Below, one piece after another: positions 1 to 9,943 of a stretch of DNA of 64,000 nt; position 1 is the first letter of the stretch, and every line of letters starts with the position of its first letter. The stretch is from positions 23,508 through 87,507 of the forward strand of contig JANRLG010000305.1 of the NCBI GenBank assembly GCA_033762835.1, given 5' to 3'. Made by a program: the position numbers and the translations under genes. The notes beneath the pieces were generated by a model. That model made no database searches and had not been told where the DNA came from. It worked only from the letters and a program-made list of their open reading frames with translations. The DNA is from Thermoanaerobaculia bacterium. GTDB lineage: Bacteria; Acidobacteriota; Thermoanaerobaculia; Multivoradales; DATKCC01.

Positions 1-6
1 GTTGGC

Positions 7-270
7 ATGACACTCGCCACATCCCGCCTTACTTCGCAAGGTCAAATCTCCGTGCCGAAAGAGGTGCGGCAGCGCCTGGGTCTCGGTCCAGGCTCCACCG
101 TCGAGTGGCAGGCCGAAGGCGACACCATTGTCGTCCGTCGGGTGGGCACCCACAGCTTCGCGGAACAGCGCGCGTTGCTCTTCCCGGACTCCCCGCCCGC
201 GAGCCATTCTTTGGCCGAACTGAAGGAGGGCCTCGAAGCCGCCGTTCGAGCCAAGCATGCGCGCCGTTGA
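7..270 (+). CDS. vapB: AbrB/MazE/SpoVT-family antitoxin (VapB-like)
   Basis: 87 aa. N-terminal 'ISVPKEVRQRLGL' swapped-hairpin DNA-binding motif. Its 3' end overlaps the downstream PIN gene. Confidence 0.65.
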   Translation: MTLATSRLTSQGQISVPKEVRQRLGLGPGSTVEWQAEGDTIVVRRVGTHSFAEQRALLFPDSPPASHSLAELKEGLEAAVRAKHARR

Positions 271-637
271 CACGAATGTGCTCGTCCGGCTGCTGACCGG
301 CGATGGCGGTGATCAGGTGCCTGCGGCGGAACGCTTCGTCGCGGGCGGAGCCTGGGTCTCTCAAGTGGTGCTGGTGGAGACCCTCTGGGTTTTGAAGTCG
401 GTGTACGCGGTACCAACCGAGCGCCTGATCCTCGTGGTCGGCCAGCTCCTGGACCACGAAGCCCTCGTATTGCAGGAGCCGGAAGTCGTCGCGGCTGCGC
501 TGGAGGTCTTTCGCCAGCGTCCACAGCTAGGTTTCTCGGACTGCCTCGTGCTGGCGGCGGCTCGCAAGGCCGGCCACCTACCGCTGGGCACCTTCGATCG
601 CCAGCTCGCCCGCGAGCCCGGAACTCAGGGGCTCTGA
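257..637 (+). CDS. vapC: PIN-domain VapC toxin
   Basis: 126 aa starting '[10 protein letters not shown]', with a conserved acidic residue pattern and C-terminal '...TFD'. Overlaps the upstream antitoxin gene by 14 nt. Confidence 0.75.
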   Translation: MRAVDTNVLVRLLTGDGGDQVPAAERFVAGGAWVSQVVLVETLWVLKSVYAVPTERLILVVGQLLDHEALVLQEPEVVAAALEVFRQRPQLGFSDCLVLAAARKAGHLPLGTFDRQLAREPGTQGL

Positions 638-739
638 CCCCGTGCTACACTCCCGCGGCTCGGCGGGGCAGGCCCTCGGACCTTCTCCCTCGCGCTCCAC
701 CCGACTTTCGACATCCAGCAACCTCGAGGGAGGACCCCC

Positions 740-1909
740 TTGAAGATCCACGAGTATCAAGCGAAGGAAATCCTGCGCCGTTACGGGGTCGAGACCCCGC
801 GCGGCGAGGTCACGGAGAACCCGGCGGAAGCGCGGGCGATCGCCGAGCGATTGGGCGGCCGGTCGGTCGTCAAAGCGCAGATTCATGCCGGAGGCCGTGG
901 CAAGGGCGGCGGCGTCAAGCTCGCCGAAACGCCGGCGGACGCCGAGCGGCTGGCGGGCCAGATCCTCGGCATGCAGCTGGTGACGCCCCAGACGGGCCCC
1001 GAGGGCCAACTCGTCCGCAAGGTCTACATCGAAGAAGCCTCTGCCATCGCTCGCGAGCTGTACGTTTCGATCACCCTCGACCGCGACCGCGGGTTGCCGG
1101 TGATGATGGCTTCGACCGAGGGCGGCATGGACATCGAAGAGGTGGCCGCCCACACGCCCGAGAAGATCCTCAAAGAGTGGATCGAGCCGCACCTCGGTCT
1201 CCAGCCGTTCCAGGCTCGCCGGCTCGCCAAGGGCCTCGGCCTCACGGGCGACAGCGCCAAGCAGGGCATGAAGCTGCTCACGAATCTGTTCCGCTGCTAC
1301 TTCGAGATGGACGCTTCGCTGGTCGAGATCAACCCGTTGATGGTCGCGGCCGACGGCAAGGTGATGGCCCTCGACGGCAAGATGAACTTCGACGACAACG
1401 CCCTTCATCGTCACCTGGACGTCGTCGCCATGCGCGACCTCGCCGAGGAGAATCCGATGGAGGTCGAGGCCGGCAAGTACAACCTCAACTACATCAAGCT
1501 CGACGGCAACATCGCCTGTATGGTCAACGGCGCGGGCCTCGCCATGGCGACCATGGACATCATCAAACTGGCGGGCGGCGAACCGGCCAACTTCCTGGAC
1601 GTCGGCGGCTCGGCCAGCCAGGAGGCGGTCGCGGGCGCCTTCCGCATCCTGGTCTCGGACCCGTCTGTCGAGGCCGTCTTGATCAACATCTTCGGCGGCA
1701 TCGCGCGGACCGACCGCATCGCCAACGGCGTCGTGGCCGGCATCGCGGAGGTGGGCAACGTCACGTTGCCGGTCGTGGTGCGGCTCGAGGGGACAAACGT
1801 CGAGCTGGGCCGCAAGATTCTCCACGAGGCGGATTTTCCGTTCATCGTCGCGACCGGCATGGCGGACGCCGCGGCCAAGGTCGTGGCGGCGGCGAAGGGA
1901 GGGAACTGA
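740..1909 (+). CDS. sucC: succinyl-CoA synthetase beta subunit
   Basis: 389 aa starting '[17 protein letters not shown]', ATP-grasp fold. Apparent TTG start. Shine-Dalgarno 'GAGGGAGGA' lies 5-13 nt upstream. Confidence 0.95.
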   Translation: MKIHEYQAKEILRRYGVETPRGEVTENPAEARAIAERLGGRSVVKAQIHAGGRGKGGGVKLAETPADAERLAGQILGMQLVTPQTGPEGQLVRKVYIEEASAIARELYVSITLDRDRGLPVMMASTEGGMDIEEVAAHTPEKILKEWIEPHLGLQPFQARRLAKGLGLTGDSAKQGMKLLTNLFRCYFEMDASLVEINPLMVAADGKVMALDGKMNFDDNALHRHLDVVAMRDLAEENPMEVEAGKYNLNYIKLDGNIACMVNGAGLAMATMDIIKLAGGEPANFLDVGGSASQEAVAGAFRILVSDPSVEAVLINIFGGIARTDRIANGVVAGIAEVGNVTLPVVVRLEGTNVELGRKILHEADFPFIVATGMADAAAKVVAAAKGGN

Positions 1910-1911
1910 CC

Positions 1912-2793
1912 ATGGCGATTTGGGTCAACAAAGAAACCCGGCTGCTCGTCCAGGGCATCACGGGGAAGGAAGGTCTGTTCCACGCTCAGGGCTGCCAGGC
2001 CTACGGTACCCAGGTCGTCGGCGGTGTCACGCCCGGCAAGGGCGGCGAGACCGTTGAGGGCTTCCCGGTGTTCGATTCGGTCTCCGAGGCCCGCCGGGCC
2101 ACGGGCGCCAACGCCACCATGATCTTCGTGCCGCCGCCCTTTGCCGCGGACGCCATCATGGAAGCGGCGGACGCCGGGATCGAGCTCGTGGTGTGCATCA
2201 CCGAGGGCATTCCGGTGCACGACATGTTGAAGGTCAAGGCGTTCCTCGAGCACCATCCGACGCGGCTCATTGGTCCCAATTGCCCCGGGGTCATCTCCCC
2301 GGGCATGGCGAAGATCGGCATCATGCCGGGGCACATCCACACCCCGGGTTCGATCGGCGTGGTCTCGCGTTCGGGCACGCTGACCTATGAAGCTGTCTGG
2401 CAGTTGTCGAACGTCGGCCTGGGTCAGTCGACTTGCGTCGGCATCGGCGGCGACCCGGTCAACGGCACCAACTTCATCGACGTCATGAGTGCCTTCGCCG
2501 AGGACGATTCCACCGAGGGTGTGATCCTGATCGGCGAGATCGGCGGCGGTGCGGAAGAGGACGCCGCGCGCTGGATCGCCGAGAACTGGGACACCAAGCG
2601 CCGCCCCGTCGTCGGCTTCATTGCCGGCCGCACGGCCCCCCCCGGCCGTCGCATGGGCCACGCCGGGGCGATCATCGCCGGCGGCAAGGGCACCGCTGCC
2701 GAGAAGATGGACGCCATGCGCGCCGCCGGTCTCCACGTCGTCGAATCCCCGGCCGAGCTGGGTTCGACGCTGGCGAAGGCGATGGGAAGGTAA
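1912..2793 (+). CDS. sucD: succinyl-CoA synthetase alpha subunit
   Basis: Begins '[21 protein letters not shown]' 2 nt after the sucC stop. CoA-binding and 'GHAGA' motifs present. Lies in frame inside the longer ORF 1177..2793, whose upstream part is an Arg-rich artefact. Confidence 0.95.
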   Translation: MAIWVNKETRLLVQGITGKEGLFHAQGCQAYGTQVVGGVTPGKGGETVEGFPVFDSVSEARRATGANATMIFVPPPFAADAIMEAADAGIELVVCITEGIPVHDMLKVKAFLEHHPTRLIGPNCPGVISPGMAKIGIMPGHIHTPGSIGVVSRSGTLTYEAVWQLSNVGLGQSTCVGIGGDPVNGTNFIDVMSAFAEDDSTEGVILIGEIGGGAEEDAARWIAENWDTKRRPVVGFIAGRTAPPGRRMGHAGAIIAGGKGTAAEKMDAMRAAGLHVVESPAELGSTLAKAMGR

Positions 2794-2802
2794 GCGGAGA
2801 TC

Positions 2803-2838
2803 CGCTTCGGGGTGGTTCTCGAACCGCCCCGAAGCTCA
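2803..2838. terminator. GC-rich hairpin downstream of sucCD
   Basis: Inverted repeat 'gcttcggggtgg' ... 'ccgccccgaagc' with one mismatch around loop 'ttctcgaa'. No U-tract, as usual in high-GC genomes. Confidence 0.35.
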
Positions 2839-2866
2839 AGCGGAGCACTTCGCGCTCTGGGCGCCT

Positions 2867-3058
2867 CTACGCGGCTTCGTTTACTGGGCGACTGGGCAGG
2901 TTCTTGACGACAACCCGGCCCGAAACGGCCTGGCGGGACTGGAGCTGTCGGCAAAACTCCTCGATATCGAACCCGGCAGCCTCGAACAGCGTCTCGCGAA
3001 CCTGCCGAACCTCAGCAACGATCGGATCTTCCCAGGGCTTCTCGGGAGTGTCATTCAT
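2867..3058 (-). CDS. small protein translationally coupled downstream of a PIN gene (possible cognate partner)
   Basis: Starts 'MNDTPEKPWEDPIVAEVRQVRETLFEAAGFDIEEF' (~63 aa). The ATG overlaps the PIN stop (ATGAATGA). The upstream part of ORF 2867..3235 looks non-coding. Confidence 0.35.
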   Translation of the reverse strand: MNDTPEKPWEDPIVAEVRQVRETLFEAAGFDIEEFCRQLQSRQAVSGRVVVKNLPSRPVNEAA

Positions 3059-3539
3059 CGTCGTCTTCCTCGCTGGCAAGCTCTTCCGGGGTGCATAGTA
3101 CCGGAGCCGAGGCACCGAGGTCTCGACAGATGCCCTCGATACGGGGCCGTAGGCGTGCATTGGCAATGTGCGAACAGTTCCAGGTGAGCAAGAAGTCCAT
3201 CCGGTGGTAGGCAGCCGCCGCGATGTGAACTGCATCGGCGCCCGCCTTCGGTGGCAGGGGGACTCGAGCCAGGAGCGCGGCCGCGAATCGGGCCACCTCC
3301 GGGTTGATCCCGAGCAAGGGTAGTTTCGCGACGAGAGCCAAGCGCCGCGCCGCGGCCTCTGGGTCGCCGGCTGCGGCTTCGTCGAGTACGACTTGAGAGA
3401 GAAAGATCTCGAAGTGTCGGTCAGCGGTTCGCCACCACTGATGGGTGATCCTCTGGTGGGCGGCGGTCACCAGATCGCCGCTCGGGTGCGCGGCCAGGTA
3501 GCTGACGATGCTGGTTTCGAGATAGACCCGGGGGCGCAT
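3051..3539 (-). CDS. PIN-domain protein (VapC-like)
   Basis: 162 aa. N-terminal 'MRPRVYLETSIVSYL' typical of PIN nucleases. Acidic C-terminus. Confidence 0.55.
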   Translation of the reverse strand: MRPRVYLETSIVSYLAAHPSGDLVTAAHQRITHQWWRTADRHFEIFLSQVVLDEAAAGDPEAAARRLALVAKLPLLGINPEVARFAAALLARVPLPPKAGADAVHIAAAAYHRMDFLLTWNCSHIANARLRPRIEGICRDLGASAPVLCTPEELASEEDDDE

Positions 3540-3601
3540 CCAGGAATTCTAGTCTCCCTGAGTTTGACAACCCCTCCCGTCTCAGCTTCAATAGCGCCCC
3601 C

Positions 3602-4300
3602 GTGACTCCCCAACGTTTCCCCGGCAATGGCTGGATCGTCCTCGTCGGTGGTGGCGAGTTCAGTTTCGAGGAGACGCTCGATGCCGATGCCGCTTGGGTG
3701 GAGAAGCTGCCCCCCGGGCCGGTGGGCTTCTTACCCGCGGCTTCGGGGTCCATGGACTACGGCGAGCACTTTGCGAACTACTTCCATGAAGTCTTCGGGC
3801 GCGAAGTCGTCACTTTGCCGATCTACCGCGGACGGGATGCGCGGCGGGGCAAAAACGCCGAGCGCATCGCCGAGTGTTCGGCGGTGTATTTGGGCGGCGG
3901 CGTGACGGATCACCTGCTCGAGGCGCTCGCCCCGGGCACCCCGGTACTCGCCGCGCTCGAGGCCAAACTCGCGGCGGGGGGCATCGTCGTCGCCATCGCG
4001 GCGGCGGTCTCGGCCCTTGGCCAGGTGGCGCGCAGCATCCGGATCGGCGAGACCGTGCCCGGTGTCGGCTGGTTGCCGGGGGGAGTCCTCGAGACCAATT
4101 TCGTGACCGAACACGACCGCCGGCTGCGCAAGCTGCTGACCACTCCCGGTGTCGACTGGGGGCTCGGCATCCCGACCGGGGACGCCGTGTTGCTCGGCCC
4201 CGACGGGGTGGTGGAATACGTCGGCGAGGTCTACGGCCTCGCCTCACCGGACGGCCCACTCGAGCCCCTCGGCGAGCCGCTGGAAGACGAACCGCTCTGA
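3602..4300 (+). CDS. peptidase S51 / cyanophycinase-like (class I glutamine amidotransferase-like fold)
   Basis: 232 aa. 'WIVLVGGGEF', 'AVYLGGGVTDHLL' and 'AAAVSALG' patterns. Confidence 0.5.
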   Translation: MTPQRFPGNGWIVLVGGGEFSFEETLDADAAWVEKLPPGPVGFLPAASGSMDYGEHFANYFHEVFGREVVTLPIYRGRDARRGKNAERIAECSAVYLGGGVTDHLLEALAPGTPVLAALEAKLAAGGIVVAIAAAVSALGQVARSIRIGETVPGVGWLPGGVLETNFVTEHDRRLRKLLTTPGVDWGLGIPTGDAVLLGPDGVVEYVGEVYGLASPDGPLEPLGEPLEDEPL

Positions 4301-4354
4301 CCTGTCCCTACAACGACTCGGCTGCGGCCGATCTGAAGAAAGATGGATACGACG

Positions 4355-4777
4355 ATGGAAACCACTTTGACCATTCTGAAGCCCGATAGCGTCGCCGCCG
4401 GCAATGCCGGCAAGATCATCGACCACTTGATCCAGGCCGGCTTCCGCGTGCGCGGCATGAAGCTCGTGCGCCTGACCGAGGCCCAGGCCCAGGCCTTCTA
4501 CGAAGTGCACAAGGAGCGGCCGTTCTACAACGACCTGGTGCGCTTCATGACTTCCGGCCCGGTCGTTCCCATGGCCCTCGAGCGCGAGAACGCCGTGCTC
4601 CACCTGCGCCAAGTGATGGGTGCCACCGACTCGCGCAAGGCCGACGCCGGCACCGTGCGTAACCTCTTCGGTACCGACATCGAGCGCAACGCCATTCACG
4701 GTTCCGACAGCGCCGAAAACGCTGCCCTCGAAGTCGCCTTCTTCTTCAGCCGCAGCGAACTGATCGCCGCGGGCTGA
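4355..4777 (+). CDS. ndk: nucleoside diphosphate kinase
   Basis: 'METTLTILKPDSVAAGNAGKIIDHL...NAIHGSDSAENAALEVAFFF'. Start chosen at 4355; an in-frame ATG exists at 4343. Confidence 0.9.
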   Translation: METTLTILKPDSVAAGNAGKIIDHLIQAGFRVRGMKLVRLTEAQAQAFYEVHKERPFYNDLVRFMTSGPVVPMALERENAVLHLRQVMGATDSRKADAGTVRNLFGTDIERNAIHGSDSAENAALEVAFFFSRSELIAAG

Positions 4778-4782
4778 GGTCC

Positions 4783-4826
4783 GGACGCTTCCGCCCCCTC
4801 TCTGCCGGGTAGAGCGGGGGCGGAGG
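4783..4826. terminator. bidirectional GC hairpin between convergent ndk and bcp
   Basis: 'cttccgccccc' ... 'gggggcggagg' inverted repeat with a 20-nt loop. Confidence 0.4.
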
Positions 4827-4827
4827 C

Positions 4828-5283
4828 TTACAGCTCTCCGAGCACCCGCTCGGCGTGACCCGCGGCCTTGACGTTGCGGTAGATCCGCAGAATCGTTCCC
4901 GCGGAATCGACCACGAACGTCGTGCGCAGGATGCCCTTCACGATCTTGCCGTACATGTTCTTTTCGCCGTAGGCGCCCACGGCCTCGAGCCAAGCGCCGT
5001 CGGCATCGGTCAACAGCGGGAATGTCAGCCCGAACTTCTCGATGAACCGACAGTGCGACGCCGCCGAGTCCTTGGACAAACCGGCCACCGTGAAGCCCTT
5101 CTCGGCGAAGGCGGGCAGGAGCGTCCGAAAGTCCTGAGCCTCGACGGTACAGCCGGGCGTGTCGTCCTTCGGATAGACATAGAGCACAAGTCCCTTGGGG
5201 CCGGCGAGGTCACCCACGGAGCGGAGTTTGCCGTGTTCGTCGGGCAGGGAGAAGGGGGGAAGGGTGGCGAGATCTTGGGCCAT
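4828..5283 (-). CDS. bcp: thioredoxin-dependent thiol peroxidase (peroxiredoxin Bcp)
   Basis: 151 aa from 'MAQDLATLPPF'. 'YVYPKDDTPGCTVEA' peroxidatic-Cys motif. The rest of ORF 4828..5646 is an Arg-rich artefact. Confidence 0.9.
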   Translation of the reverse strand: MAQDLATLPPFSLPDEHGKLRSVGDLAGPKGLVLYVYPKDDTPGCTVEAQDFRTLLPAFAEKGFTVAGLSKDSAASHCRFIEKFGLTFPLLTDADGAWLEAVGAYGEKNMYGKIVKGILRTTFVVDSAGTILRIYRNVKAAGHAERVLGEL

Positions 5284-5339
5284 GCGGAGACTCCTAAGGG
5301 TCGGATGAGTTGGGGGTTTGAGCGGCAAGAGGGAGCAAG

Positions 5340-5852
5340 CTACCGTCGCCGTTCCCAGATCAGATGCGGCAGCTCGGGGACCAGGAGCTTCTCGAGCCCC
5401 AGTTGGACGGCGGCCAGGGAGCCGGGGAGGGCGAAGAGCAGGGTCTCGCCGGCCAGGCCCCCGGTGGCGCGGGAGAGGAGAGCGGCGGAGCCCACCTGGT
5501 CCCAGGACAAGAAGCGAAAAAGCTCGCCGAAGCCGGGGAGCGGCTTCGAGAGCAGGCGTTCGACGATCTCGATCGTGGTGTCCCGGGAGCTGATGCCGGT
5601 GCCGCCGGTCGAGACGATGACGTCGAGATCGCCGCCGGCCAGCCACGCACGCAACTGCCGGTCGATGTCCGCGGGTTCGTCGCGCACGATGGCGCGGGCG
5701 ACGAGCTGGTGCCCTGCCGTCGTGAGGGCCGTGACGATGGCCGCGCCGCCGGTGTCGGTCTCGAGTGTACGGGTGTCGCTTACGGTCACCACGGCGAAGC
5801 GGGCGGACTGGCCCGCCGCGGCGGCGCGGTGGGCGGCAGTGGACTCGCTCAC
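5340..5852 (-). CDS. moaB: molybdenum cofactor biosynthesis protein B (MoaB/MogA family)
   Basis: 'FAVVTVSDTRT...DLDVIVSTGGTG' motifs. GTG start overlaps the stop of the upstream secreted-protein gene (GTGA). Confidence 0.8.
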   Translation of the reverse strand: MSESTAAHRAAAAGQSARFAVVTVSDTRTLETDTGGAAIVTALTTAGHQLVARAIVRDEPADIDRQLRAWLAGGDLDVIVSTGGTGISSRDTTIEIVERLLSKPLPGFGELFRFLSWDQVGSAALLSRATGGLAGETLLFALPGSLAAVQLGLEKLLVPELPHLIWERRR

Positions 5853-7768
5853 GGCCGGCGCCCCTTCTTGAGTGGCCGGCTCTCGATCGTCACCGTCACC
5901 ACGCTTGGGGGCAGCGCGCCCGAGAGCAAAACGGCCTTGCCGGTTTCCGGCACTTTGGCCTCGACCGGCAGAGGGCCGAGGAAGTTCGATTGCTGGCCGC
6001 TTTCGTTGCCCCCGACGTTGATGCGGTCGAGCTGAACTCCTGGGACATTCTGGAGAATCACCCACGGATCGCGGACGGTGGGAATCTCCTCGAGTTCGAC
6101 CTGCGAGACGGTCGAGCCGGTCCGGATCTTTCGCTCGCCGAGGAGCGGCTCTTCGCGTCCCATTGGAGCCGGAGGCGGTGGCGGTGGGGGCGGTGGCACG
6201 GCGCGTAACTCGCCGTCGACCAGCCGGTAGTCGCGGTTCTCCGGCAGCATCAGGCGCCATTCGTGGCGGAGCACCGAACCCCGGATCATCGGCAGTTGGA
6301 GCCGCAGGTTCTCCTTGGATTTGCCCGCGGGCAAAACCCGCTTTTCGGCGGAGACGATTTCGACCCGGTGGCGTTGGCCGCGGCCCGGAGGCAACGGAAA
6401 GCGCAACACGCCGTTCGCTTCGATGGGCCGGACGGCGGCGCCGCTCACCTGGGCGGACCAGAATTCGACGCCCGGAGGCAGTTCGACTTCGAGGGCCGGA
6501 GGGCCGGACTCGACTACGATTTCGTCCCGGTGGACGAGCGATCCCTCGACCGTGGCGACGGTCACGGTGGTGCGCGCGGGCAGCAAGCCGGTGGCCAGGG
6601 GGACCGCGGGCAGGGCCTCGATCCCGAGCGCGAGACCGCTCGGGGGGACGCCGGGTGCGAGCCGCCAGACGGCCGCCAGAGCGAGCCCTTCGACGGCCTC
6701 GCGCAACGCGGGCGGCAAGTCCTCGCGGTCCACCCGGGACCAGGCGCCGGCGGGTTGCGGCTGCCACTCGGCGGCCAGGGTCGCCGTGACCACCAAGAAC
6801 CGCGACCGCACCTCCACCTCGGGCTCGAGTACGGGCAGGGCCAAGGCGGTGCCGCCCGTGGGCCACGGCGTGCGCGATGCGAGGACGAGGTGGCCGCGGC
6901 CGGCGAGGCGGTTTTGCCGGGTTACGACCAGCCGCTCGCCGTCGAGTTCGAAGCCGGAGCTGCCTTCGTCGGTGGTCACTGTCGGGTCCGGCTCGAAGCC
7001 GGCAGGCAGGCGCAAGGCGAGCTCCGCGAGGAAGCCCCGCTGGACGTCGTAGAGCACCACGTCCGTGCGTTCGAGCTGGTCCGGTCCGGGGGCGATCAAC
7101 GTCACCGCCACGCCGCGCACATAGGCGGAGGAGGGCTCGATGGCTGCTACCCGTCCGCGGACCTCGAGCTCGGCCTGGCTACCGGTCCGGCGCGTCAAGC
7201 GCACCGTGCGCCGTTCGCCGCGGAGCTCGTCACCCGCCAAGTAGCTGCCCGGCAGGCTCCAATCGAGGCCGGCCGGAAGCTCGAGGGTGAGCTCGACGAC
7301 CGACCCTTGGGCCACCGGCAGGGGCAGTCGACTGCTGCCGCCGGATTCGCCGGCAAGCCTTGCGACGCCCTCGGCGCGCACGGTGACCCGGCCGGGTCGC
7401 AGGGGCGTCACCTGGAGCGTGCCGGCCTCGTCCCGCCCCACGGTGGCGGCCTCCGGGGGCGTGACCGTGAGCCGATCCGGGACGGCGGCCGCATCGAGCG
7501 CGAGGGACGGCGGCCGTGGGCCCGAGAAGTCGAGGTCCCACTCTGCTTCGACGCGTACCGAGTCGCCTTCGAAGCGCAGGGTCAGGCGTTCGGCGAACAC
7601 CCGGGAGTCGGCGACGGGAGGCTGCGGGAGGGGTCTTTGGGCGCGCTCGACGAGTTCGTGGTACTGGCCGAGGGGCAATTCGACCCAGCCGGCAGTCGGC
7701 GGGGACGGCGGCGGAGCGGCACTCAAGGTTGCCGCCAGGCCGGCGGCGATCCAGGACAGTGGGGTCAT
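5849..7768 (-). CDS. large secreted protein A: beta-rich N-terminus, poly-Pro linker, TonB-plug-like C-terminal segment
   Basis: Signal peptide 'MTPLSWIAAGLAATLSAAP'. Run 'PPPPPPPPPPAP'. C-terminus 'VILQNVPGVQLDRINVGGNESGQQSNF' resembles the start of a TonB-dependent receptor plug. ATG overlaps the stop of gene B (ATGA). Confidence 0.55.
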   Translation of the reverse strand: MTPLSWIAAGLAATLSAAPPPSPPTAGWVELPLGQYHELVERAQRPLPQPPVADSRVFAERLTLRFEGDSVRVEAEWDLDFSGPRPPSLALDAAAVPDRLTVTPPEAATVGRDEAGTLQVTPLRPGRVTVRAEGVARLAGESGGSSRLPLPVAQGSVVELTLELPAGLDWSLPGSYLAGDELRGERRTVRLTRRTGSQAELEVRGRVAAIEPSSAYVRGVAVTLIAPGPDQLERTDVVLYDVQRGFLAELALRLPAGFEPDPTVTTDEGSSGFELDGERLVVTRQNRLAGRGHLVLASRTPWPTGGTALALPVLEPEVEVRSRFLVVTATLAAEWQPQPAGAWSRVDREDLPPALREAVEGLALAAVWRLAPGVPPSGLALGIEALPAVPLATGLLPARTTVTVATVEGSLVHRDEIVVESGPPALEVELPPGVEFWSAQVSGAAVRPIEANGVLRFPLPPGRGQRHRVEIVSAEKRVLPAGKSKENLRLQLPMIRGSVLRHEWRLMLPENRDYRLVDGELRAVPPPPPPPPPAPMGREEPLLGERKIRTGSTVSQVELEEIPTVRDPWVILQNVPGVQLDRINVGGNESGQQSNFLGPLPVEAKVPETGKAVLLSGALPPSVVTVTIESRPLKKGRRP

Positions 7769-9540
7769 GGCCGGGCCTCCGGGACCCGCCGGACGTTCAA
7801 GACGAGCGGCGAGGGCGTGGTGTCGAGGCTGCTCCATGAGGCGGTGAGCACTTGAAACCCCGAGGGCAGCGGCTGCCAGTCGACGCCACCCGCGGGCCGT
7901 GTCCCCTTGCGCCCCACACCCGAGTGCAGCTGCTGGTTGAGGGCGCTCGCGCCGGCCTCTTCGAGCACCGGCCGGGGCGGCTGGCCGACGTTGCCGCGGC
8001 GGCTCGGGTCCACCCACTCGTAGCGGAAGGGCGCCGGCAAGCTGGCTCGCACCTCGACGGTCGAGATCGGGCTCGAGGTGTGGGGAATCGGGATCTCGAG
8101 CCGGCCGCCGTCCGTTGCCGGCCAGGGCAAGACCACCTCGGCCGACCAGAAGAGCACTTGTTCCGAGTCGCGGCTGACCAGCGGCGAAACCCAAGCGCCG
8201 CCGCGTTGGCCGAGCCGGGCCGGGGTGCCGTCGCGCCGGCTGTCGACGAGCCGTGCTCCGGTGGGCAGTGCCAGGGCAAGGTCCGGTGCCCCGTTGGCCC
8301 GCACGACCGCCCAGATCTGGTAGAACGCCCGGCCGTGTTCACCGACCAGCACGTCGACCAATAGGCGATCGACCTGGGCACCGAGAACCCGGACTTCCGC
8401 CGGCCAGGTCACCCTCCAACGGGGAGTGGAGGCCCCCGCGGGGCCGATCAGCGGCTCCCCGAGACGCGCCTGGAAGGGTGCCGGCAGGGTCTCGACCTCG
8501 TGGGCCTCGGCAGTCCGAGCCGTGATCTCCCCGGCGGGCTCGAGAATGCCGCCGCCGCGCGCCTCGGCTTTGGTCACCACGGTGGCGCGCCGCGCCCCCG
8601 TGGGCACGAGCACCGGTACGCTCGACTCCGTGGCGGCGTCGGCCGCGAGCGAGGCGTGGAGCAGCCAGCGGTTGGGCGCCGGCCCGAGGAAGTCCACTTC
8701 GAGGGTGCCCTTGGCCACTTGCCAACCGACGGCGCCGAGGCCCTCGAGGCCCTCCACGGAGACCACTTCGAAGCCCTCGGGCGCGGGGATGGTCAAGGAC
8801 TCGAGCCGTCCTTCGACGACCTGCCCCGCGATCCAGGCCTCGGCCTGGCGCCGCGTCCGTTGCAGTACCAGCGCGGTCGCTGTGGTGACCTCGAAGCGCA
8901 GGGGCCTTTCTGCGATCACGGCGGCCGGCGCGCCTGCCAGGGTCAGCCAGGCGGTACCGCCGGGGCGGCCAGTGAAGCGCCACTGCCGGGGGCCGACCCG
9001 CTCGATCCGGAGATCGTCGGTGGCGGTCACCTCTTCGTCCGTCTCCAGGGTCCCGCCCACCCGGGCGGCGGCGGGCAGCGGCAAAGAGAAGGAACCCGTC
9101 GGCCGGGTCGCGGTCACCGTCCGGGTGATGCTCTGGGTCGATTCGAGCTCCAGACGATGGCGTCCCGGTTTGCCGCGCAGCTCGAGCCGCCGGGTTTCGC
9201 CTTCGCCGATCAGCCGGATCTCGCAGGTCGCAGCGCGGGCCGCGAGCAGCGGCAGCTCCGCGGACCACGGCAGGGATTGCCAGTCGTCGCGGTGCAGCCA
9301 AACAGTGGCGCTAGCGGTAATCCGCGCGTGACCCGCGGCGACCACCACGGCGAAGTCCAGCGACTCGAAGCTCACCCCGGTGTCCGGCAGAGCCGGCTGG
9401 GCGATCACCGGAGAGCCCTGGGCACGCAGCCGGTCGTAGACGTCGAGGGGGACGGTCACGGTCTGGGCAACGAGGGCGGGGCCCGCCAGCCCAGTGACGA
9501 GGAGCCCCCCGAGGAGGCGGCGGATGGCTGTTCGATTCAT
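7765..9540 (-). CDS. large secreted protein B (paralogue of A)
   Basis: Signal peptide 'MNRTAIRRLLGGLLVTGLAGPALVAQ'. Mature N-terminus 'TVTVPLDVYDRLRAQ' parallels A's 'WVELPLGQYHELVERAQ'. Earlier part of ORF 7765..9798 is Ser/Thr-rich, probably not translated. Confidence 0.55.
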   Translation of the reverse strand: MNRTAIRRLLGGLLVTGLAGPALVAQTVTVPLDVYDRLRAQGSPVIAQPALPDTGVSFESLDFAVVVAAGHARITASATVWLHRDDWQSLPWSAELPLLAARAATCEIRLIGEGETRRLELRGKPGRHRLELESTQSITRTVTATRPTGSFSLPLPAAARVGGTLETDEEVTATDDLRIERVGPRQWRFTGRPGGTAWLTLAGAPAAVIAERPLRFEVTTATALVLQRTRRQAEAWIAGQVVEGRLESLTIPAPEGFEVVSVEGLEGLGAVGWQVAKGTLEVDFLGPAPNRWLLHASLAADAATESSVPVLVPTGARRATVVTKAEARGGGILEPAGEITARTAEAHEVETLPAPFQARLGEPLIGPAGASTPRWRVTWPAEVRVLGAQVDRLLVDVLVGEHGRAFYQIWAVVRANGAPDLALALPTGARLVDSRRDGTPARLGQRGGAWVSPLVSRDSEQVLFWSAEVVLPWPATDGGRLEIPIPHTSSPISTVEVRASLPAPFRYEWVDPSRRGNVGQPPRPVLEEAGASALNQQLHSGVGRKGTRPAGGVDWQPLPSGFQVLTASWSSLDTTPSPLVLNVRRVPEARP

Positions 9541-9544
9541 GGAA

Positions 9545-9943
9545 TCACTGTATCGCGAGGACGGCCTCGAGATCGGTTTGCGAGAAGTCGCGACCTTTGA
9601 AGAGGATGGGTTCTGCGAGGTCTTTCGCCAAGGCGTAGGCGAAGCAGTCTCCGAAGTTGAGCCCGGCCGGGTGCCGGCCTTTGCCGTACTGGCTGAAGGC
9701 GCGCCGTGCCAGTTCGACCTGAGGAAGGTCGACGGCGACTCGCTCGATCCCCGCGATCGCGAGAAAGTGGTCGAGGTCGCGGAGGCCTTCGGCGCCATAC
9801 CGCGTCTCGATGACGATCGAAGTTTCCAGCAAGTTGGCGACCGAAAGTCGTCGAGCCGCGGCCTGCTCGATCGCTTCGTTGAACGCTCGCCGTTCGGGTT
9901 CGTCCAACAGAATCGCCAGTAGAGCGGAGGAATCGATCACCAC
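9545..9943 (-). CDS. vapC: PIN-domain VapC toxin
   Basis: 132 aa starting 'MVIDSSALLAILLDEPE', ending '...LFKGRDF'. Stop lies 4 nt from the start of gene B. Confidence 0.8.
   Translation of the reverse strand: MVIDSSALLAILLDEPERRAFNEAIEQAAARRLSVANLLETSIVIETRYGAEGLRDLDHFLAIAGIERVAVDLPQVELARRAFSQYGKGRHPAGLNFGDCFAYALAKDLAEPILFKGRDFSQTDLEAVLAIQ

Noticed and set aside
578-1825. 415-aa minus-strand ORF antisense to sucC
   Set aside because: Arg/Asp/Gly-rich low-complexity translation, typical of a shadow frame in high-GC DNA. The plus strand encodes unmistakable SucC.
1177-1911. Upstream 5' part of the long ORF 1177..2793
   Set aside because: Arg/Gly-rich nonsense in an alternate frame of sucC. 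Real sucD starts at the ATG at 1912.
4343-4345. Upstream ATG (MDTTMETT...) for ndk
   Set aside because: Ndk proteins start about four residues before the 'LTILKPD' block. The ATG at 4355 fits, though 4343 cannot be excluded.
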